Positions 32,356 through 49,817 of a stretch of DNA of 64,000 nucleotides are shown here, one piece after another. Both the position numbers and the translations under genes were made by a program. The number at the start of each line of letters is the position of its first letter. The first letter of the stretch is position 1. Origin of the DNA: the human T2T-CHM13v2.0 reference genome, Homo sapiens. The DNA lies in the NCBI RefSeq assembly GCF_009914755.1, contig NC_060942.1, one strand, 5' to 3'. The notes under the pieces were generated by a model, which had not been told where the DNA came from, searched no databases, and saw nothing but the letters and a program-made list of their open reading frames with translations.

Positions 32356-35300
32356 TCTTCAAAAATACAGTAAATATCCAGTATTCATTTTAAGCTACAT
32401 GGTTTAAAATTAAGCCAGAAAATATTCGGATCTTTTTGTGCTTTCAATGACTCATTTCAAAACAAGTTTTTTAAAAATTATAAATATATAGACTCTTAGT
32501 AAATATCCCTGTTTTCCTCACCTTTTTATATGGTACTCATTTTCCTTAGTTGCTTTTCTCCTCCTACCATTTGGGTTTCTTTTTTTTTTTTTCTTTCTTT
32601 CTTTCTTTCCCCTCTGTTCGGAAGTGATACCATTTGTCGTAGGAAGGTAATCCCTGGCTGTGTTTGTCATCAAGAGTGTCACTAGCCATCTGGATGTGAC
32701 CCACTAAGATGTTTAAACCGTTAGATTGTATTTTATGGGCAGTGTATTGAACTTAAATGCTTTAACAATTTCACTTAGTTTCAAATCTTGACATGCTATT
32801 TTCACGCCCTTTCTTGGAATTCTGAAACCTAGTTATTTGCCAAATTCAAAAGGCAGATATATTTTGAAACTTGGGACTACTGAAAATTGTCAGTGTCACC
32901 TAAATTTTGAAGGGGAAAATATTTTAATTGTAGTCTGTTATGATATTAGACATTATGATAAAATAAATGTATATTACATATAGAATACCAGCTAGAGCTT
33001 GACCAGAAAGAATGAAACTACTTTACTGAAATTAAATCAACGCTTTAAAAAAAAATCTAAACCTGGAGAAAATCTTTTTAAAGAATTCCTTAATGCATCG
33101 ATCAGTAGTTTATATCCTTAAAGAATTCTTTATGGTATAATAACATTTATAAGAGAACAGAAATAAGCCATTTCCTAACATTAGCTTTTCTGCCTACGGA
33201 GGTCATAAAAATTGTTAATGCAGATGAGGTTGCCTTCTGTTGTGTGATGCTAATAGGAAATGGATCATTGCAGTTTATGGGGTACTTAGCCATTTTGGTT
33301 CATGATAAATGGCTGACTTCAAGTGACATTCCTTCACGGATTTCCCACTATTCATCACCTGAAAGAATGGAACCCAAACATGAAGTTGATTTTGAAGTTG
33401 TCAGGAGTTTCACTGTGGTGTAAATCCATCATAAGCCAATGTTTTCATTGATTTAGGAAGAAATTATACAAATAGAAACACTCTTAAATGTTTTATGCTT
33501 CTATTTTCTTTTGCTCCAAAGCCAGTTTTGTGACTCTCTTATCCTGCTCTAACTTCTGTTACCTCTTCCCTTTCCCATCCCCCTCTCTAAACATTCTCTT
33601 TTGAAAACGCCCCAGATTTTATCTTTGCAGAGATGCTTTGATGTAATTACGTTGTTTTAATCTATAAAATCAACCCAACATAAGCAGAAAGAATGGAACA
33701 TATTTTCACCTAGTCTGTCCATCTGGGTGGCAGGTTTTATACTAGTATGGAGGACTTCTTCCACTGCTGTGTTCTTGCTGTTATCCTATTTTCTTTCCTT
33801 TTTCATCATCTTTTCTTGAAACACTCCCTCCTCACCCCTTCTTCCCCAACAGGACACACACACCATCCGTGTGTGAGGGGTGGTGGGGGGAGGGAGGCTG
33901 CCTATTTGAACAAGATCACATTATCTAGGATCTTGCTCTTAGAAAATTATTCCCTAGCTTACTTTCAGGGAGGCATTGTAAGACTTACTCAAGATCTAGT
34001 CATGCCTCACATGTGCCTAAAGGAAGTTTGAGTCTTTCCTGTGTTTTCTTGATGTCTGTGATGTTTATCTCTGAGGTAGAGCCTGTGTTTAATTCAGTAG
34101 CATGATGCTTTCTGTGCTACTGGCATTTGAGAGTGTTTGATATCTGGCAGGATGCTATTCGGAAAAGAGAATGTAAATATTCCTGCATGTTGTCTTAGAA
34201 GCATTTAATGTAACTGACTGAGATAATTTGCCATTTATTTCATGGCTTCTTAAAGGGATTTTGAGCCTCCTTATCTATGTGCATTGTTAGAGTGAAGCTG
34301 ACAACAGGTTATTTTGTTTGCTTTGTAAAACTTAACAGGAGGAGGCCATCCTTGGCTTTCCTTGAGGTGCTGGTATCTTGGAAGGGAAGCTAGCCAAACT
34401 TTTCCTCCCAGAGGCTGTCTTTTGACACAGAACATTTTAGTTCCTACCAGATTTCTCTGAGAGGCTTTCATGGAGCCCAGTTACCCCTTCCCAGTTACCC
34501 CTTTTAGCAAATGATATTCATGAATACTGTGCTCACAAAGAAATTTAGGTCAATAAATGGAAAGCATTTGAGATATCTGGACTCTTTTCATGTTCTAGAA
34601 CCCCAGATGCTAGGGAAATTTTGGGAGAAAGCCTAGAAGTGGTAGAATTTAAATATTAGTTAGGTTTCTTATGGCCATCTTTCCTAAGGAAACTCTAGAA
34701 ATAGCTCATGGGATATAATTTAATTACATGGTCTTAGATAAATCCTCATCAGTCTTTTATAGCTGGTTATGATATTTGATGAGATAAAACAAACGAACTT
34801 TTTTTCAGATTTATTGAATAAGAATCACTAATCTTGAATATTTATTCAGCTCAGCTCAAACCAATTAGCAAACTTTAAAAATGGCCAGTTCTAATATGGT
34901 ACAGGCCATTGAAGCATATTCATAACTTAATTTTTGGCCTGCGTTTGCATGATCTGGCCATTGCTGGCACGAGGAATTGGAAGGAGGTTGCTTAAGGGAG
35001 GAAGAATGGACTAAGGGAGAAAAAGGAGGAAACTCAGGAAGAGAGGCTGAGAACATAGATACCCTGGTAGACATACTTTTGACAGCATTTACCACATTTT
35101 AACTCTGGTATGTTGAAATGAACATTGATAGCCTTTTACTTTCTTCCTTCTCTGTTTTGTTTCTTCTTCTCCTCCTCCCCTCCCATGTATGGCTATAAAT
35201 ATGTTGAAACTAAGGAAAAGCCAACTAAGATCTAAGGTATGCAACTTTTTCTGGGATGGAGGGTGGAAGATTCAAAGAAAGACACCTTGTTACCCAAAGA

Positions 35301-35383
35301 GTGCCTTGGGAATGAATAGTAAGTAGTAGTATGCTTTTTTGGAGGAGGTGGGGGTTCCACATTCAGAGGATTTTAATTATTAC

Positions 35384-36218
<835 letters not shown>

Positions 36219-37280
36219 TTACTTTCACTCTACATTGGCAAGCCTTTTGAATGCAATGTGTTCTTGAAGTCTAGGTTTTCACATGGATACCTTTAAGGTG
36301 AACTTGAAGTTTTTATGCACTGTATTTTCACCCTCTGGGTGCAGTTACTGTCATCTGTTAGACTTGCACAGAAATCACCAACTAATCTCTTAGAATTAAA
36401 CAAAAAATAGGGGGAGAAAAGTTCCCAAATGGAAAAATTCTTGTTCTTTTGTTTTTTAAAAAAATTCTGAAATATATTGGAAATAAATGTTTGGGAGAAC
36501 TAAACTATTAAGCATAAATATAACATTTTTCCGGAGACTTTATAATTGATTTTGAAATTGTCACTAAAGAATTGGTTAGCTGTTAATGGTTTTCACTCTT
36601 CACTTACTGATTCAAAGGTGTGATGTTAGTTTTACCCTGTAGGCTGTTACTTTGCTTCTTTGCACTTCAAAAAGATCTAAGGTCATTCACTGATTATGAC
36701 TTTGCCACTTCCGGCCCTATTGTCCTTACAAAGGGATTTCGTGAGTAACCTTACTGTAAAGAAGTCAGCCCAATGAAAAATTCTTGATATTTGCATGTCT
36801 ATTAAATTTAACACGTTTGCTTTTTCATTTGAACCTTTAATTGAATATTTTTAATTGTATAATATAAGGTCATACTTATTGGGACTTGAGAGTTCGTCTT
36901 ATGAGAGTTGAAATGCTTTTTGTTTACTTCCCTGGATTATGCAGTAGAGTAAACGAGGGTCAATCAGAAGCTGACACTGTGTTGGGGAACAGCCTAGTCA
37001 AGAGATGTTCACATTTCTGTGAAATTTTGTTGATCTACAACCAAAATAGCAAAAAGCATTAATGCATTCTTAACACCTTTTAGTCAGTTGCCCCCCCATA
37101 GAATTTACTCTTTTGATGTAGCAGTACTGATAAACCTTTCCTGCAATTGTCATGCCTCTTCTTAGATATCATCTGGGTGTGACCTATGTGTCAGGCTTAA
37201 ACTATCAGAGCAATGCGTCTGGTTGTGAATCAGTAGAGTACTGCCTTGACTTACTTTCAAATCTTCACTAGTTAAGCCCA

Positions 37281-37311
<31 letters not shown>
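37281..37311. repeat. (TAT)10 microsatellite
   Basis: Direct reading. Confidence 0.95.
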
Positions 37312-37589
37312 TCCTGATTGTGGTCATTCTCTGATATAAGTTATTGTCAGTCATACAGTCTTTGGTAGGGGAATAATTGAACAAAGTTGGCAAGAGCATT
37401 GAGCAAACAAAAGATGATATTTAAGTTTTTGTTTTTATGATTGCTACTTCACATCATTCTGTGTTTTTTCAGCACTTCACTATGTGAGGCACAACAGCCT
37501 ATAGAGGACATTTAAAGACACAGTCCCCACCTTTCTCAAGTGTATGTTTTTACTATTTTTCATTTGGATTATTTAAAAAAAAAAGTACG

Positions 37590-39305
<1,716 letters not shown>

Positions 39306-40651
39306 AATATTGAGGCCCATGAGGCATATAAACTGCTGAATCACTAAAGGTAAGTATAGGTTGTATTTTAGGGAGGATATTCCTGCCAATTTTTCATGAT
39401 AATTAAGTGGTCTATGGGCAAGGGAATGAACCTTCTCTTCTGGTTATTCAATCAATTTGTGGCAAGGAAAAGAGACTAGCAATCATAGCTTTTTCTCTTG
39501 TAATGCCTGTGTATATAAACTGGTCATCATTTATCAGTTCTGCATACTTTTCTTTGCAACTTGATGTGTTATGTGCTTGAACAACAGTACGAAGTGTACT
39601 CCTTGCAGATAAGAGTCTGAAATCGTGGTAAGTACTCATTACAATGAGAACAGCTTGCACTGAACAGGCAGTAGCCATGCATACATCTCTCTTAAGAAAG
39701 AAAACATCAAATTGCAGACTCAGTGTGGTAAACAGCAGTTCATTTAACTGCAAAGCTTCTGAATATATAATGATTTTCCAGGAATTAATGAACATGTAGA
39801 TAATGACAACTTACTATTTCTTTTGTGACTAAATCTTTACAAATGAAGCATAATAAATTGGGCATATGCCTATGCTTAAGGGAGAAGGGAGAAGAAAACA
39901 GAAAGATCTTTTTCTTTCCCTTGCTGCTCTTTGCTGATAAATATCAGTAGGTTATAGGGCACAGACTCACCAAAATTAAAAGATGGTGATATGTTTTATC
40001 TTTTTTATTTCTCAGACCACTCTAGGAATCTTCTTAGATTCTACTTTCCATTATTCCATTGTGTTATTTTCTGTCATGTGATTGATAATGTTTTCCTTTC
40101 TACATTCTTAGTAAAAGTAGCAGACTTCAAAGTTAAGAACTTTTCCCACTGACATTCACAAATTTCCCAGTCCCAACTGTCTTCTGTGTTCCACTGCACG
40201 GTAGCAATTTTTCCTTTAGGAGTTTTGAGCCCCTTTCCTTCCCCTGTTCCAATGGCAAGTACCCAAATCTGAGTTCTGCTACATTCTCTCACAATAAAAG
40301 CTTTAGTTACATGCAGCAGTTACCATTAATCCTTCGATCAGTTCCCCTGGTAGGAACTATGCAGGAATCTAGAGCTGGTGGATTTGGGGCTGACCGACTT
40401 GGCCTGGTAGAATTAAGGTTCACTGTTTCTCTGTTATTTGAATATAACTTTCTTCTTAATTGGGATCTGATTTTTGTCCTGGATGATATCCTGTTTTTAA
40501 ATTAGAGAGGTGGTCCTAACACTGAGATTTTAATCAGCAATACAGAATAAGAGTTTAAAAGTGATTCTTTCTCATTGGATTATGGATAGATTGATCGTGA
40601 ATTGGCACCTTGAAAATTTCTAAACATCACTGGTTCAGGGATGGTGATTAC

Positions 40652-41139
40652 TGTGTTGAAGATATCTTCCTTTTACCCCTTCTGGTCACCTTTTCACCCT
40701 CCTCTACCCTAAGTCTCCCTACCCGGGAGGCTGTCTGTGAGGACCACAGTGAGGGTCTCCTGTGCCCTCTGACTTCTGCCAGTAGCAAAGCCCCAGCAGG
40801 AGACTCGGGGGCGGGGGGGAGGAGTGAGGTCAGGCTCATTATTCTCCTGCTCCCTCCTTGTGGGGTTGCCTTGGGCTGCCCGTGCCCCTCGACCTAAGGT
40901 CATGGTTCTTCCCTATAAGACTTTCTCCTTTGGGGTTCCTGTAATCAATCCTTCTCATCTCTTTTCCTCCAGGAGTGGTAACAGTTCTGCCGTTACTGTT
41001 GCCAAATTAGAGCAGTATCCCTTTTAGTACCCCGATACCATGTGCATATCTTTGCAAATAGTTGCTTTCAGATAAATTTCTACAAGTTATGCTAATTTGG
41101 ATGTGCCATCTGTTTCCTGTTTGGATCCCATCTGATACA
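40652..41139 (+). mobile_element. ERVL solo LTR (LTR33-like)
   Basis: Ends GTGCCATCTGTTTCCTG ... CTGATACA; TG start. Confidence 0.65.
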
Positions 41140-42847
41140 AATGACTTACTGTTTCTTGGAATTTTGACACTATCAACTATTTTTGACTAAGTACCTACTA
41201 TATACATATCACCTTAATACAGTCTGTGGAGTAGGCACAAAATAGAAGAGTCACTGCCTTCTGGTCTGTCATGTGAGATAGACAGCTTCTCCTTTACCTT
41301 CTTTAGTATTCAGTCAACGTTTATGAAATAGCTACTGTAAACCAGACATGGAGTATGCATCTCAGGCAGATACAAAGCTGAACACTATTTGGTCCCTGCC
41401 ATTATAAATTTTTATTTTAACTGTGTATTTACAGAACATTCTAGGTGTTCAGATAATTGTAATTCACAGTCCTGGACCAGACAGAGATGAAGTCCTTCCA
41501 TCGCAGCCTCACACATTTGCCAAAACTAAACAATAGCTGAGAGTATCATCGCCACTATCACCGTCGTCATCATCGTCATTGGTCCATAGGGAGCTGATTG
41601 GGAGAACGTGGAGGGATGGGCTTTGCCCTAATTCATCTTTAGAATATTGGTACCACACAGTGCCTTGCTTCAGCCTGCCGGTGTCTCTCACTCTCACTCC
41701 GTGATTTATTTTGTTTTCTTGGGTCATACCACCAGTTTTGTAAACCTCTCTGATGCCCACTTCCTGAACCTTTGTCAGTGCTTTGTGGCCCTGGACTGAG
41801 GAGAGAGATGTCAGCCTGATTTCTGTGTCCCTACAGCTCATGGTGCTATTGACACTCATTAGTCCTCAGTAAATCTCCTGTCTTGGGAGCTTGATAAGCA
41901 GAAATCATCAGCTTGTTTAGTTGTGCCTGATGCCTGGGCCTGTCCTGTTCTATTCTAGCCTCCACCTCCTACTTCTATATGGTGACCTCTGTGATTCTCA
42001 AGCGTGACCATTTCCTGAGTTCATAACAGGACCTCTTTTGTGCCTTCGTCTCTTTGGGTGGGAATCTTGTAGAGTATCAAGGAAGCCCTTCTGGGCAGAT
42101 GGAAGATTTCAGTTAAGCACAAGTCTTTTCTTTATGTTGGCATTGGGTAAAACATACTCAGTGGATATACTTCAGAAGAAGGAGCCTGTAGTTAAATAGA
42201 CTGGGACATTGTCTTTAAAAAGTTTCTTCACTATAGGGCAACTCTTAAGGCTGTTGGCCACATTTTAGGAAAACCTGCTTTGTATAGTTGAGTTGTATCC
42301 ACCAGAACCTTAGGCTGTAGACTTTTCCCTACATGGCTGTCAATGCCTGCTAACCCAGAAGAGCTGTTCAGTCAGAAGACACAGTATCAGGCATGTTAAA
42401 AAAGATCTGACACTCCCTATTCTGTCCGTGTGAGTGCCCCTGCCCAGTTGGGAAGGCCTCACGGTCATCTTTAGCATCATTATGTGAGAGTGTTTTGGCA
42501 GCCCTGCATGTCGTATTCTGAACAAGAGACATCATCACTCTGTACTACAGCCAGAATGCTACACTACAACTGGGGCACTGCACGATGCTGTTTGAGTGAT
42601 CTAAGGGCCATGGGGGTAGCCAGAAGAAAATCTACTACTGCACCTTACGAAATGACTAGGACCTGTTATAAAAAAGTAAAAGTCATAATCAGCCTTTTAC
42701 CCTCTGGCCTTTTTCCCTTACTTTGTCCCCTGTAACCTGCCCTAAATATATTTCTCCCATTTTCTCTCTCAATTCATCTTGCCCCTTCTCTGTGGGTGAG
42801 CAAAACATAACCCATAGCTGTATGGTTTCATCCAAATCACGGTCTAG

Positions 42848-43030
42848 CAATGTCTGGAGACATTTTTGGTTGTCACACTGAGGGAGTGCTACTGGAATTA
42901 GTGGGGAGAGGACAGGGATACTGCTAAAAACATCCTGCAATGCACAAAACAGCCCCCCATCCCCTCCCCACACACACTGTGAAGACTTATCTAGCCCCAA
43001 ATCTCAATAGTTCTAAGGTTGAGAAACCCT
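42848..43030. mobile_element. MER20
   Basis: GCAATGTCTGGAGACATTTTTGGTTGTCAC ... AGGTTGAGAAACCCT. Confidence 0.88.
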
Positions 43031-43044
43031 AATCTAGACCTTAA

Positions 43045-43218
43045 CCTGTCCAGTAGAACTTTCTGTGATGATAAAAATGTTCTATACAGTAGTCATTACT
43101 ATAGGTAGCAGTTGAGCACTGGAAATGTGGCTAGGGCAACTGAGAAACTGAATTTTTAATTTAACTTTTATTTAAACAGCTGCACTCTAGCTAGAGGCAA
43201 CCATACTAGACAGTGCAA
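43045..43218. mobile_element. MER3-like hAT fossil
   Basis: TGTCCAGTAGAACTTTCTGTGATGA ... GAAATGTGGCTAG ... AACTGAATTTTTAATTT. Confidence 0.78.
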
Positions 43219-43435
43219 ATCTAGACCATGTATCCTGTCTAAATACCTTGGTTTACAAATGTTGGGCAGAAAAGGTTGGTAACTGAGAGAAGAGAGGACC
43301 GATGAAGGAGTTTAGAGGAAGCTGCAAGGTAAGTGTATCTTCAAGAAGCCATGAGACTCATCAAGTGCTGTAATCCCAGCACTTTGGGAGGCAGAGACAG
43401 GAGAATCACTTGAGCCCAAAAGCTCAAGGCTGCTG

Positions 43436-43750
43436 CATTTTTTTACATGAAAAATACCTATTTTCTAAAAGAAGAAATGTAATGACAAAGATATAATTGT
43501 TTTATATTTTTTGCAAGTCCTTTTCATGTCTGACTTACTAGAAAACAACTGGGTTCTCATATCTGCTTCTGCATTCAATGTAACATGTCATGTAGCCTCT
43601 GGAAAACTCTTCTGTATACTCATGAGAGAATGAGTGAAAAAGATAAATTCCATCTTAATGTTATGATTAAAACAGTTTTGACTTTACCGACACCCTGAAA
43701 GGATCTCAGATACCCCCACAGGTCCCTATATCATACTTTGAGAACTACTG
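43436..43750 (-). mobile_element. Charlie1-family fragment
   Basis: AGTTTTGAC ... CCCTGAAAGGATCTC ... ACTTTGAGAACTACTG terminus. Confidence 0.7.
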
Positions 43751-44883
43751 CTAAACCGAAAAGTAGGCTGCAAAATTTTATTGATTTCATATTCTATTAC
43801 TAAGAGTTTGACATTTCCATCATTAGTAATCATTCTCTCTGCTATACTGTTATGTTAAATACGTTGTTAAAAAAATAGAAAAAAATTTTAAGTTTGAAAT
43901 TAGAAACATGAATAAGAGTTAAACATTTTTTCTTCCTGCACCTCAAGTGCTGTCTTGCACAACGCACACCTCCTTGGAGACCCATTATTGTAGAGGATGA
44001 AGTCTTTGAATGTAAGGCCTTTGGGTTTGGTGAGTAGAGGGCCTATATCACCAAACTTTGAGAAAACAATATCTATAAAATGGTGATTGTAGAAGTAATG
44101 TTTACAAGGAGTGACAGGAGTGATGGAGGGTGAGGAAGTTGAGATAAACTACTTTAACACTTGGTGAGGGACAGAGGACAATAGTTGATTTTCCAGGCAA
44201 GGACTAAGCCGAAGTTACACTTGAATCAAGACACTTTGAAAGAGCCAGTTATCAATGCAAGCATTAGTTATTTTGACTTCTCTCACAAGAGTAAAATAAA
44301 CAAAACTGTAATGTCTTTGACAGTGGGGTGATAAATGCCTCAAAGCAAATTACACATAAAATTTGGAGATATTCTGACAGTGGTGTTTTTGTAACAGAGT
44401 CAGACAATATAAATAGTTAATAGGGGTATAGAGGTTTATTCTAAGTTGGTCAGAACAAGTTATTCCAATGGTTTTGGATTGGCATCACCAGGCAGGAGTG
44501 ACCACTCCTTTAGCAGATGGGTGTTCCTCTTTGCAAATGAACATATTTCCACAAATGAGTCGTTGAAGATAATCCTCTGAAAAATGTTAAATTTTGCCCT
44601 AAGCGGCACCCGTCCATCTGCCTACTCAATGTATCTTTCCCTCCAGGTACATGTGCTGCTCAATATGGAAACATTATTCTAAAGATACTATGCGCTGCAG
44701 GATACCACCTAATTTCCAGAAACAGCTTGGTTATATTGGGTTGGTGCAATCGAATATAACCTGGCTATATTAGGTTTTGCCATTAAAAGTAATGGCAAAA
44801 ATCTCAATTAATTATAGCATGCTGAGATGACAAGCATGTGGAAATGTATACATTTTTTCTGGCCACTCTCAATGGCAGAGAGG

Positions 44884-46194
<1,311 letters not shown>

Positions 46195-46419
46195 AACAGA
46201 GAAGATTTTAATATTTTTTAAAATATTAAAAAATATTAAATATTTTTATTTAATATTGCTGGTAGTAGAATTTTGGTGACTAAGAAAGAAAAATAAGAGC
46301 CAGGAAGGTAATCGCCATACAAAATCATGTAGGCAACTATGTCTACTTCACCAACTCTGAAAAGTCCATTTTGGGTGCTTTAACATGTATTATACAATAT
46401 GAAGACAATAGCAAGCAAT

Positions 46420-46620
46420 ATTTTATTGAGTACTTACTAAAAGCCAATTATTGTTATGAGCTAACTCCTGTTACCTCATTTAATCCTTAAGACAACCTGG
46501 CAAGGTCACTGGTATTGTCAGCATTTTGCAGAAGATGAGGCTCTGAGAGGTAAAGAAATGTAGACAAGGTTGCCCAGCTAATGAGGGGCAAAGGAGGAGT
46601 GCAAGTCCACAGATGCAGAA
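46420..46620 (-). mobile_element. MIR
   Basis: TTTATTGAGTACTTACTA ... CTCATTTAATCCT ... GAGGCTCTGAGAGGTAAAG. Confidence 0.7.
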
Positions 46621-47704
46621 TCTTCTCTTTCACCCCATGATGTAGGACAGCCATACCAGCAGTGACTTAAAACAACAGAGCATTTCAAGACATTTGTTTT
46701 TGGTTTGTAGTTTTTCTAATGTAATTTGATAACTAGCTAATCATACCAACACAAAAAAAGAAGGTATCTGGGTTTTAAATACTTTCTCCTCCCATTTGTC
46801 TTTCCGCTAAAACTCAAAAACAAAAAACAAAAACATCTTGTGTCAAACCACATTTCTTAGAATCTGCCAAAGTACTTGGCTCAGGTTTATGTTCTTTCCC
46901 AAAGCCAAATTACTCTGCTGTTTCCTCATCTTTACAAAGAATAAAAAACAACAGTGGTAGCTTCTTTTATTTCTCTTTACTCACTGTTTGTATGGGTTTT
47001 TTCCCTCCTAGACATGAATTTTAATTTTTTTAAGTAAACGAAATAACTGTTGACCAATCTCTTGCTTATCCTACTGTCAAAAAGTGGGCATTCTTTTCCC
47101 TGACTGGCTATAGCAAAAACAATAAGAGAATTTCTGCAGAAGTGATTACCTGGTACCTAGGAATTATTTGTCTTGCCTGTTCACCTGCTCTTCCTGTATC
47201 TGCTATTAGTGACTTTTCACCAAGGTGGCCTAAGTATTGTGGTTCAAACTCCAAGTTGCTATGGTGAGGATGCTTCTATTCTTTGCTACAGTTTCTTTAT
47301 AATGCTTGCTCCTTACACATCCCATTCCTAGGATCTCAGATGTGATGGAAGATAGTTTAGGATATAGTTTAGATAGTTTAGGAAGACCCCATTGGTTTTG
47401 TGTGAAAGCGTGGAAACTTTCACAGTTTCCACACTTTCACACGAGGTCAAAAATGATTAACTACTGTTTCATAAGCCCACAGCACCTGAAACAAGGTCTG
47501 CTTGACACATAGTAGGCACTTGATAAGTGTCTGTTGAATAGGAAATGATGGTAGCTTGATTAAGATGTCAGCAGGAACATCAAAACAAGGCCAGGGCATC
47601 TGACTTGTGAAATGGGGAAGAAGAACTTATTACAGATTTATGACTTCGTATTTCCTAATTCCCTGTTTCATGGTTTGTATTTTGTGACAATTTTAGATCA
47701 TGGA

Positions 47705-47925
47705 TAGGCAAACTTTCTCTAAAGGGCCAGACAGTACATATTTTAGGCTTTGTAAGCCAATCATCTATGGTCCGTGTTGCAGTTACTTAACTCTGCAGTG
47801 TTAATGTGAAAGCAGCTCTAGACAATATGAAAATGAATGAGCATGGCTGTGCTCCAAAAATATTTTATTTACAAAAATAGCCTATAGGCTAGATTTGGTG
47901 GGAGAGCATGGTTTACCCATCCTTG
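47705..47925. mobile_element. MER58A-like hAT fossil
   Basis: GGCAAACTTTCTCTAAAGGGCCAGACAGTACATATTTTAGGCTTTG. Confidence 0.82.
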
Positions 47926-48134
47926 ATTTTAAGGGTGGAAATTTAATGGACCTCAGATCAAAAGATACTAGGTGAGTCAGCTTCCTGTCTTGAAACAAAA
48001 TGAGCACATGTAAAAGTCTTTAGGCTTTGCCTTTGTAACCATTAATGTAGGTCAGTGGATTTGGCATGTAGGTAGAGGGTAGAGAGGTAAGGATTACATT
48101 CAGTAAGATCTGCTTATAATCTATTAGTTTAAGG

Positions 48135-48461
<327 letters not shown>

Positions 48462-48671
48462 TGATCATTAAGAATTTTTGCCCTTTGGCCCAGTAATTTT
48501 TCATCTCAGAGTATGTCATAAGAAATAATCAGCAATAAAGGCAAATATTTATGTACAGATGTTCAACACATATCATTTTAAATAAAAATTTAGGAATCAT
48601 TTAAATGTTCAGCATTAGAGGAATGGTAAAGTCTATTATGATGTATTTACATAAAAATATGTATCTGTTAC

Positions 48672-49273
48672 CAGCCTCCTCCCAGCATTTTTGTGGCCCA
48701 GGGCAAGAGGACACAGGGAGGCCTACTAATATATGTCTAAATATTTTAAAGTTATAAATCAAGCTAACAGACTGCTAAAGTACGTTTCATCCTTCTGCTT
48801 GGACAAATACGCCTTCTTAATGACCTGGAAGGCCAGGTTTAAATCCAGAATTCTCAGACTCTTTGGAATTCCCTGTTGGAATGTGGTGGCTTGAGGAGAG
48901 GCAGCCAGCCTGCTCCGCCTCCCAGCTCTGTTTCAGCCCCGCAGCAAGAGGAGCCTTACACAACCCGCACATCGAAGTCCATCAACACTCTGTGACCCGA
49001 CCCTCCCCCCTGTGGGCCTGGGGTGCACACAGTGCTGTGCAGTCTGCCCTCGGGGATAGGCCTGAGGAAGGAGGCTAAGCAGCACCTTTTCATCGTGGCA
49101 TTTCAGGACTCCAAGTACTGTGAGAATTGGTCTAGAAGGATGGCTCAGACTCTATGGAGATAACCTTTTTCTCTGTGTACCCGCCCATCACATGATGAGG
49201 AAAGGAGCCAGAGGAGGGCCACAGTGAGGCTGCTTTAAAACACAGGGTCCAGGGCAAGGGAGCATTTGCCTGG
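48672..49273. mobile_element. MER115/Zaphod-like hAT-Tip100 fossil
   Basis: ATATGTCTAAATATTTTAAAGTTATAAATCAAGCTAACA ... GACCTGGAAGGCCAGGTT. Confidence 0.7.
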
Positions 49274-49817
49274 TTTTATTTTTTGTTTATTGTTTATTTT
49301 TTGATATAGGGTCTCATTCTGTCGCCAGGCTGGAGTACGTTGGCATTATTTATTGGCAAAAGTAGGGCATGAGCAATTTCCTTTTGTACCAATCTTTGTC
49401 TAAGTGGTAGAAGATAGATCTGGCTCAAATTATAAAAACTCAAAGAAGGTACAATGTTATATTAGAATACTCTTGAGGTTACAACTGAAATTTGTCTCCC
49501 AGATCTTTTTGTCTCTGCCAAATAGCAGTGACGCATTTCAAAGGCACCTGAAGAGATGAAGCTAGAATTAACAGGCAGAACATCAAGCACAGAGATGGTT
49601 ATTCCTGTTTTATCCACATGCTTTTGTGCTCTTGGAACTTTCTGAGCTTGCCTTTTCCCATGTTACCTGGCTGTAAAAACCACTTCCTTGCTATTGGGCT
49701 GTTGCAAAAGATAATAGATAATAGTTTCAGAAGTTGTTTTAAGTTGTTGAAAATAAAGTATCTGTATAAATACAAAGTTGTATTGTCACCAGTGTTACCA
49801 TGATTTATGACTATGTC

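Noticed and set aside
47351-47382. Short tandem repeats such as ATAGTTTAG x3 (also TGAATTATCT at about 60600-60645 and CCCAGTTACCCCTT x2 at about 34476)
   Set aside because: Ordinary slippage duplications; no repeat-spacer array structure
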